Positions 58,624-58,678 of a DNA stretch of 58,678 nt are shown piece by piece. Both the position numbers and the translations under genes were made by a program. A model generated the notes under the pieces. It searched no databases. It worked only from the letters and a program-made list of their open reading frames with translations, and was not told the DNA's origin. The DNA comes from an uncultured Lentimicrobiaceae bacterium (GTDB taxonomy: Bacteria > Bacteroidota > Bacteroidia > Bacteroidales > F082): NCBI GenBank assembly GCA_964598065.1, contig CAZRAW010000001.1, positions 1 to 58,678 of the forward strand, given 5' to 3'. Each line of letters opens with the position of its first letter. Position 1 is the stretch's first letter.

Positions 58624-58678
58624 ATGGAAAAACAACGATTATTTGATGAATTCAGTCCGGTAACTGCTGCCCGGTGGA
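58624..58678 (+). CDS. Start of a gene running off the window, probably a methylmalonyl-CoA mutase small subunit
   Basis: MEKQRLFDEFSPVTAARW resembles the LFxEFxPVxxxxW N-terminus of Bacteroidota mutase small subunits; -7 box TATTTTTG at 58588-58595. Only 18 codons are visible. Confidence 0.5.
   Translation, partial: MEKQRLFDEFSPVTAARW

Overview
A 58.7-kb, gene-dense stretch of a Bacteroidota chromosome, probably Bacteroidales-like. The assignment rests on TAnnTTTG promoter boxes before most operons, near-absence of Shine-Dalgarno sites, the ileS-dksA-lspA order, a short ATP synthase epsilon and a long subunit a. From left to right it holds: a TolC-TetR-MFP-RND efflux operon (RND cut by the window edge); an e(P4) acid phosphatase; an ArcB-like ornithine carbamoyltransferase; a thioester-less alpha-2-macroglobulin; atpBEFHAG; an 11.7-kb block with nested palindromic MITE-like elements, two lipoproteins, an atypical enolase, an SLC12-type cation-chloride cotransporter, KtrAB/Trk and a PMA1-type P-type H+-ATPase; atpDC; lspA-dksA-ileS; pgi; a secreted protein plus modular LRR protein pair; a CBM9/DUF5916 protein; a MutS-like ATPase; xdhABC; a penicillin acylase; a DUF1624 membrane protein; an AT-rich GIY-YIG-like ORF; an NCS2 purine permease; and the start of a probable methylmalonyl-CoA mutase subunit. 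I saw no rRNA, tRNA, CRISPR array, transposase or integrase. The best candidate for something undescribed is the ion/pH-homeostasis block lying exactly between atpC and atpB, together with unusual extra acidic residues in the c subunit and the cotransporter. All product calls come from motif recognition by eye; no database searches were run.
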